A stretch of DNA of 64,000 bases from the IMG/VR virus record IMGVR_UViG_2585428069_000013; one strand, 5' to 3'. Below, one piece after another: positions 58,168 to 64,000 of the stretch (position 1 is its first letter; each line of letters opens with the position of its first letter). The position numbers and the translations under genes were made by a program. This DNA comes from an uncultured virus (IMG/VR IMGVR_UViG_2585428069_000013). Lineage: Duplodnaviria > Heunggongvirae > Uroviricota > Caudoviricetes. Under the pieces are notes generated by a model. It made no database searches. It had not been told where the DNA came from and was given only the letters and a program-made list of their open reading frames with translations.

Positions 58168-58893
58168 TTATTTTACTATATTATTAATAGCATCTTTCAT
58201 TGAACTTACACCACTACTAATGCCTTTTTTCAGTTCATCAGCAGCAGTTTCAGTTGCTTTAGGCACTTCGCTTTTTATCACATCTGAAACCTTCTTGGTA
58301 GTTGGGCTTACAGTATCTTGTATTGTTATGCTTCCCTTATCCTTAACATACTGCCAAATCCCCGCTCCTTCTTCCTTTGCATTATTTTCAACTGATAGAT
58401 AATACTGGCTAGTTTGAGGATTCTGTTTTAAATCATGAGCTGTGATAGCAACAGCAAGTCCAGTACGTAACAAGCCACCACCAAATAAAATGTGTTTTAT
58501 ATAAATATAAGCTGCTATTTTGCCATACTCCCTTATCTGAGGACTATATTTCTCTTCATAGTAATAGAGTTCTACCACCTGCCCCTGTAATTCAGCTTTA
58601 GTTAATTCCATAGCCTTATCCTTCATTTCTACAGGTATATATAACCCTAATAAACTAACAGTTTCAACCTTATCCCCTGTTCTCACTATAAGAGTGCTGC
58701 CATCCAAGACCTTCTCTACTGTTCCACTTATAGATGCCATTCCTTCTGTTCCTTTAATATCAGATATAAGATTATTGGGAGGCTTGGGAGTTCTGCTTAT
58801 GAAATAATAACAACTGGATATAAAAACACAAAAAATTAAGTATACTAATACATTTATCTTCTTTTGCGTCTTAGTTATCTTATGCTTTATCAT
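58168..58893 (-). CDS. Membrane-anchored thermonuclease (SNase) family protein
   Basis: N-terminal TM, V.KVLDG.T, V.LLG, YG...AY, LL..GLA, E..AK..G.GIW; several catalytic residues diverged. Confidence 0.75.
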   Translation of the reverse strand: MIKHKITKTQKKINVLVYLIFCVFISSCYYFISRTPKPPNNLISDIKGTEGMASISGTVEKVLDGSTLIVRTGDKVETVSLLGLYIPVEMKDKAMELTKAELQGQVVELYYYEEKYSPQIREYGKIAAYIYIKHILFGGGLLRTGLAVAITAHDLKQNPQTSQYYLSVENNAKEEGAGIWQYVKDKGSITIQDTVSPTTKKVSDVIKSEVPKATETAADELKKGISSGVSSMKDAINNIVK

Positions 58894-58990
58894 TATTTAC
58901 CTCACATCAATAATTTTAAATCTAGAAATTAGTTGAATCTCCTCCACCACCAAAACTATCACAACTACTATAGCTAAAATATGAATAGTG

Positions 58991-60406
58991 TTACTTTCTC
59001 CTTATTTCTTTATTCAATGCTTGATAAATGTACTCATAAGCCTCTAATTTTAGGTCACTTAGGTTATCTACATTAAAGTATTTTAATATCAAGCCCTCAT
59101 ACATTCCTCTATCTCCCTTGCCTTTAATGTCAAGTTCATCTATTAAAGCTCTTAAAGAGATTATTTCAAGATGACTAACCTTTCTGCTCTCCTTATCATC
59201 AGATGAATACTTTTCAAAACAGGAAATCAACCGGTCATTACCTATAAAAACAGCCTGCTGCAATATCTTCTCTAAGTTCACCTGTTTATCTATGCAATCA
59301 AAGTATCTTAACTTGTTATAAACTTCCATATAATTTTGAATTATTTTATCAGCACATAACTTTACTGGATATGGCTTAGCTCCTTGGTTATGTGCATTTA
59401 AAATATTTTCAATTACTCCCCAATACTTTTCATCAATCCTGGTATCAGTTTTGAAGGTAGATATATGATGATAAATATTACTTAATCTCAACACTGGCAC
59501 ATCAGATTGGTTGTCTATCTTTATGGCCGGATTAACAAATACAATAATAGGGTTGATGTTGATATAAGGTAAATTCACACCTTGCCTTTTCAATTCTTCA
59601 TTTAATAATCTTTGTGTTAAGCCTATATGCCTGTAAGTCTGACTTGTAACATCATTTACCTCCATTACATCTCCTTCAGCACTAAGTCGGCTCCAAAGAC
59701 CATCCTTGCTAACCTTAATCTTGCCTCTACGCCCTACTCCAAAATTTTTGACCTCTATGCAAAAGATTCCTCTTTCACTTATAACTAAATTATCAGATTC
59801 AACAGTATTACTCTCTACAATTAGCCTTATATTACTTAGATTTAATAATTTATCCCTATATAGGTCCAGCTCTCTATCTACAGAGTTTTCTCCGTAAATT
59901 CCTACTTTAGCATTATAGGATTGCTTGGCAGCCCCTTTTACTGCCCTCTCATATTCATTTATGAGTATCCCTAAGTCATTCTTTAAAACAGGAATTGTGG
60001 CATTTAGTTGAAGTCCTCTAAGGTGAGGCAATTTATTGTAATCAGCACTTTTCGCAAGGGGAGCAATCTTACTAATCTTGTTATAATATTGCTTATAAAC
60101 ATTGATGTTATCAGATATTCTTAATAATTTTTCTTTTTCTTCTCTGTAGAAATCCCTCTGCTCATATAAGGTTAGTCTTACTTCTTTATATTTATAATCT
60201 GCTATTGGAGTTCTCATATAGTATAAATCTGCAGTAACTTTTACAGTAGGGGCACTTTGAATTACTTGTTTGGGAACTTCTTTATCAGAAGGAGATGTAT
60301 TCGGTTTTTCCGCTTCTTCTTTGTATATATTTATCTGCAGAGCTGATGGCACGTTTTTAACTTCCCTCTTGAACGCTTTGAATAAATCCTTAAAGCCCAA
60401 ACTCAT
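58991..60406 (-). CDS. NERD-domain nuclease-related protein
   Basis: G..GE..V...L, ESDNLVI...GIFCIEVKN, Q..RH. Confidence 0.82.
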   Translation of the reverse strand: MSLGFKDLFKAFKREVKNVPSALQINIYKEEAEKPNTSPSDKEVPKQVIQSAPTVKVTADLYYMRTPIADYKYKEVRLTLYEQRDFYREEKEKLLRISDNINVYKQYYNKISKIAPLAKSADYNKLPHLRGLQLNATIPVLKNDLGILINEYERAVKGAAKQSYNAKVGIYGENSVDRELDLYRDKLLNLSNIRLIVESNTVESDNLVISERGIFCIEVKNFGVGRRGKIKVSKDGLWSRLSAEGDVMEVNDVTSQTYRHIGLTQRLLNEELKRQGVNLPYININPIIVFVNPAIKIDNQSDVPVLRLSNIYHHISTFKTDTRIDEKYWGVIENILNAHNQGAKPYPVKLCADKIIQNYMEVYNKLRYFDCIDKQVNLEKILQQAVFIGNDRLISCFEKYSSDDKESRKVSHLEIISLRALIDELDIKGKGDRGMYEGLILKYFNVDNLSDLKLEAYEYIYQALNKEIRRK

Positions 60407-60459
60407 ATCCTCCCTCTTATATAAAATTCAAGCCTCCCATTTGAGAGAGGCTGATATTA

Positions 60460-60729
60460 TTATTGCTTATTCTGATTTTTCATAGATTCCATTATTTCTG
60501 GATGTATCTGCAACATCTGATATGTCCACTCCATTGTCTTTCTGCTTTTCTTAATCATTATAGTATCTGTAATAGCTCCTAAAACAAGACAACCCAAAAT
60601 TATTAGAGTATAAGTTGGGTATTCCATTCTTAACTTATAGGCAACAAAAGCAATGATACAATAGCATATATCCATAACAAAAACGCTTAAACTTATTTTA
60701 AATTTATTTGGCATGATTTGCCCTCCCAT
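60460..60729 (-). CDS. Small 2-TM membrane protein
   Basis: Two hydrophobic segments, GGAGG RBS. Confidence 0.6.
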   Translation of the reverse strand: MGGQIMPNKFKISLSVFVMDICYCIIAFVAYKLRMEYPTYTLIILGCLVLGAITDTIMIKKSRKTMEWTYQMLQIHPEIMESMKNQNKQ

Positions 60730-60738
60730 TAATTAAAA

Positions 60739-60984
60739 TTAAAATCCTCCATTGTGGGGATCATTGAAGCTATTTCCGTTATGCATGTCATACCCACCAC
60801 TTTCAAAAGGAGTTACACTTTTCCTTGATTTCTCCATAGACCAATCTACAAACTGTTGATGTTGTTGCCTTTCCATTTCTTCTTTAACTTGAATATCATT
60901 AATACAATTATTTGAGGAATGATTGCCCTTTCTTGCATTTGATATAAACCCAAATATAACCACTCCACAAACTACAAAAAACAT
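60739..60984 (-). CDS. Small membrane-anchored hypothetical protein
   Basis: Hydrophobic N-terminus; start may lie slightly upstream (~61015, GGAGG RBS). Confidence 0.55.
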   Translation of the reverse strand: MFFVVCGVVIFGFISNARKGNHSSNNCINDIQVKEEMERQQHQQFVDWSMEKSRKSVTPFESGGYDMHNGNSFNDPHNGGF

Positions 60985-61024
60985 ACATCAAATTAGTACA
61001 AACATAGAAAACATAGCTTCCCTC

Positions 61025-61684
61025 CTAAAATTTAATTATATTTGATAAAAATTGATTTACAGTAATCGTTGATTTTAATGATACTGAAAGCACTCCTAGA
61101 ACATATACTGCTAAAAGTCCATATTCCATAAAATCATTTCCGCTCTTATATGTTATAAGAGGTATTCTAATCCTTTTGCCACCTAGAAGATAAAGAGCTA
61201 ATCCGTTGCTTGTACACATATCTAAAAGATAGTGTGAAGCTAATCCACATGCATAAGGTATAATGTATTCTTTAGGTAAACTTAAAAGATATAATGGAAC
61301 TGTTAATAATAGTCCTCCTAGTATTGGATCATGGAATATTGTTCTGTGATAACTGAACATATGAAGTCCACTCCATATGCTAAATTTATAATTAACTTTA
61401 CATGAAAGAATTGACATTACTAGGATAATCCCTATGTATTTCAATACTGCTATTGGCGAAGATATTAAAATGGCTCCGGCTAATCCCTTAACAATATTTC
61501 TTTGCTTTGCACTAACGGGGAACAACCACTTATTTATTTTTGAATGTTCTTCATCTATATCTGGAATCATAGCCCCTACCAAAGCTGCTGCCACTACTAT
61601 TATTGGATTGATGTTTAAGTGCATTGAATGTGTTAAAGCTACTCCTGTAACTACTCCAGCTATTGCATGGCTTTGTCCCTTCAT
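61025..61684 (-). CDS. YdjM-like membrane metal-dependent hydrolase
   Basis: M.G.SH, GA.IPDID..HS, HR..FH, G.ASH.LLD..T..G. Confidence 0.85.
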   Translation of the reverse strand: MKGQSHAIAGVVTGVALTHSMHLNINPIIVVAAALVGAMIPDIDEEHSKINKWLFPVSAKQRNIVKGLAGAILISSPIAVLKYIGIILVMSILSCKVNYKFSIWSGLHMFSYHRTIFHDPILGGLLLTVPLYLLSLPKEYIIPYACGLASHYLLDMCTSNGLALYLLGGKRIRIPLITYKSGNDFMEYGLLAVYVLGVLSVSLKSTITVNQFLSNIIKF

Positions 61685-61910
61685 TGTAGTTCCACCTTCT
61701 TTCGTAAAATTTATTTATTTTCTTTTATATCATATATATAATTATAACACAATAAATTTGTTTATTCAAATACATCTTTGTTATTTAAATAGTGACTATA
61801 AAAAACCGAAGTGGTTGTACTCCCTCCCCGGTTTAAAATAAATTCATCTTACTGATATAGTTTAAAAATAGTTACTGCCTTGATGAATCACACTTGGACT
61901 TATTCTCAAA

Positions 61911-62762
61911 CTAATAAATTAAATTTGTATACTTAATTATTTTATTTTTTTCTACTGTTTCTATAAACTCATTAATAGTGTTGTAAAAATCTATTGTTTC
62001 ATTAAGAAATTGCAAATAATAAAGACCTATATATTTTCTAAAAATAATTAGATTCTCTTTTTCTTCGGAATCATCGTATTTGAGACAATCAATATACCCT
62101 ATTAAATCATCACAATAAAAATCAGAAGTCACTGTATCAATTATATCCTTACCTCCTTTAAGTTGATAAAAAGAAGATAGGTTATTAATACCGTAACTTG
62201 AAATGCAAGCACATAAATCATCAATAGGTTTATTAAACTGCTCAATGCTATGTATTAGATTGCTTTGATTTACTTGTAAAAGATATTCTCCAACAGCCTG
62301 CTCATACTTATATTTAATTTCATAATCACTTTGACTTTCAGCATCTTTATCGTAAACATATCCATCATCAACCTCTAAGCTTTTATCAATAATGCTGAGC
62401 AATACAATAAAGTCTGGCCATAAGAACTGAGTTTTATCACCTAGTTCCTTAAAATAATCTACATTTTTTAGAATGTCCATATGATGATAAAGTATAAATA
62501 GTATATTTTTTCGCAAATCATAGTAGAGCGCCATGTTTAACTTTGTATTATAAAATGAATTTAGATAGTAAAAGATAATTGCTCCAGCCACTCCTATTGC
62601 AAGCTGATTAATAACATATAATATGGATTCTGCTATATGATATGTTATATCCCCATAAAGAAACATAGGAGGTAATGTATCTAATAACATAATTATTTTA
62701 TACAATGCTATTATTACAATACAGAATATAAATATTTTTTTAAACGACATTACTTTTTTCAT
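61911..62762 (-). CDS. Hypothetical protein with 2 N-terminal TM helices
   Basis: Open 283-aa frame in AT-rich DNA. Confidence 0.6.
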   Translation of the reverse strand: MKKVMSFKKIFIFCIVIIALYKIIMLLDTLPPMFLYGDITYHIAESILYVINQLAIGVAGAIIFYYLNSFYNTKLNMALYYDLRKNILFILYHHMDILKNVDYFKELGDKTQFLWPDFIVLLSIIDKSLEVDDGYVYDKDAESQSDYEIKYKYEQAVGEYLLQVNQSNLIHSIEQFNKPIDDLCACISSYGINNLSSFYQLKGGKDIIDTVTSDFYCDDLIGYIDCLKYDDSEEKENLIIFRKYIGLYYLQFLNETIDFYNTINEFIETVEKNKIIKYTNLIY

Positions 62763-63118
62763 TGTATACCCCTTTACTCACATTTTTTATATGAAAATCA
62801 TACCATACTTTTAATACCATACCATTAACATTATCCAGTAATAATAATCTAATAGCCTAATATTTATATTGGAATTCCTATATAATAAAAAAACCTTCCC
62901 ACCAAGGAAAGGTTCCCAAATTAGCATATTTAATTTATCTAATTATCAGTGAAAAGAAGCCTTGTTTCTGATAGATTATCTATCTCAAGCTACTTTGTTA
63001 TATTACGTTTAGTATCATTTTAACTTGTCCAGTAATATTCAAATAGTTCGTTACTTGACTTTTTAGTACATTTTTGGTAAAATAATTATATTAATTAGTC
63101 ATAGGAGGAACAACGCTT

Positions 63119-63883
63119 ATGAATGCCATTCAAATTGAAAAACAAATTGAATCCGAACTAGGTATAGATGAAAAGAACATTAATGAAATTTTTAAATGTA
63201 TTGTAAAGGGTTCTACTGAAGATGTACGTGCGAAACGTAACCTTTTTCCATCACCTACCTATAATGCTAGATATAATGATATATGGGATTCTATTAATGC
63301 TAAATGTGCTGCAACATTTAATGATGGATACATTGTTACAATGCACCATAGAGGAATTTATGAATTTATTACTATCTTAAATACATCATCATCTTGTGTA
63401 TATATCTTGATGAAGGATAACAATTTTAATAAGGTTATTTCAGGAGGTTCTGTAAGTGATACTCATTATATGAAGTGTCTAACACTTATCAACAATGACT
63501 TGAAATCATATCCTCAAGTGTATGGACAGATAAGTTTTGATTTACCACAAAGTGATAAATTAAAAGATAAAAAAGACTCTATTAAGGGCACAATAATACA
63601 GAAGATAAATGGATCTGCTAACCGTTTCGTTGTTATAACTTTTGAACCTGATATTAATACAGGTATTAAGTCTATTTATGTAAATGTTGTTGCAGACAAT
63701 ACTTCTACTAAGTATCGTAAAGATTGGACTTCTTCAATTAAAGCAATTGAGGTTCCTGAATATGATGAATCTACATATGATAAGAGGAATTTGGATACTG
63801 ACGTTGATAATGTTTCTACTTTTGATGCTCCTGCTGAGGTTAAAATCAAGAGGAGGATACAAGATGTGAGGTCCAAAAAATAA
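63119..63883 (+). CDS. DUF5986-like protein
   Basis: YN..Y..IWD.IN, RG.Y, YILM, HY...L..IN, DW; AGGAGG RBS; precedes an XRE gene. Confidence 0.55.
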   Translation: MNAIQIEKQIESELGIDEKNINEIFKCIVKGSTEDVRAKRNLFPSPTYNARYNDIWDSINAKCAATFNDGYIVTMHHRGIYEFITILNTSSSCVYILMKDNNFNKVISGGSVSDTHYMKCLTLINNDLKSYPQVYGQISFDLPQSDKLKDKKDSIKGTIIQKINGSANRFVVITFEPDINTGIKSIYVNVVADNTSTKYRKDWTSSIKAIEVPEYDESTYDKRNLDTDVDNVSTFDAPAEVKIKRRIQDVRSKK

Positions 63884-63904
63884 AGTTAACCGAGGTACAA
63901 GATT

Positions 63905-64000
63905 ATGTCTATAGAAAATTTTAATGGAGAACGCTTAAAAGCAGCTCGAACAATTAGATGTCTTTCTAGCACTGAGCTCGCTAAACTAATAGGTGTTTCT
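63905..64000 (+). CDS. XRE HTH protein (possibly XRE-ImmA fusion), 5' part only
   Basis: MSIENFNGERLKAARTIRCLSSTELAKLIGVS, truncated by the window edge. Confidence 0.7.
   Translation, partial: MSIENFNGERLKAARTIRCLSSTELAKLIGVS

Noticed and set aside
58921..58990. Fragment reading SSCDSFGGGGDSTNF between NERD and SNase
   Set aside because: No start codon or RBS; too short to call beyond a possible remnant
1..64000. tRNA or rRNA genes
   Set aside because: No cloverleaf or rRNA-like sequence recognised by eye; a covariance search was not run

Overview
About 50 kb of this window (roughly 692-50227, almost all on the - strand) is an apparently intact temperate siphophage of a Firmicutes/Clostridia host. 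It resembles the phi-m46.1/phi-SsUD.1-type, rumA-targeting, serine-recombinase prophages. From its right end leftward it carries: a type II R-M island, an ImmA-like peptidase, a sigma-like factor, a PolA/VirE/SNF2 replication module, an ArpU-like activator, HNH and cos, terS, then a metK + DNA methyltransferase + amidoligase/GGCT insert. These are followed by terL, an HK97-type head, the tail, lysis genes and three serine-recombinase genes. A cadC gene at the left edge is probably cargo; attR is not seen. Right of the att junction is visibly AT-richer DNA with a complete type II CBASS operon (CD-NTase, Cap2, Cap3) whose effector is a metallophosphoesterase-SAVED fusion, plus pseudogenes, an SNase/NERD/YdjM cluster and the start of a DUF5986-like/XRE operon. 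The most notable signals are five. (1) The phosphoesterase-SAVED CBASS, with a CD-NTase whose C-terminal Gly-Gly is masked. (2) A 751-aa C5 methyltransferase with about 11 TRD-like repeats and a nested out-of-frame gene resembling M.EcoHK31I beta. (3) An HhaI-like endonuclease flanked by two different GCGC-type methylases, one with two GCGC sites in a palindrome inside its own promoter. (4) A 36-bp bipartite motif in 3 copies that may define a regulon of the phage sigma factor. (5) A rumA-like att site fused to a thermonuclease pseudogene. All family calls come from motif recognition and recalled homologues; no database searches were run.
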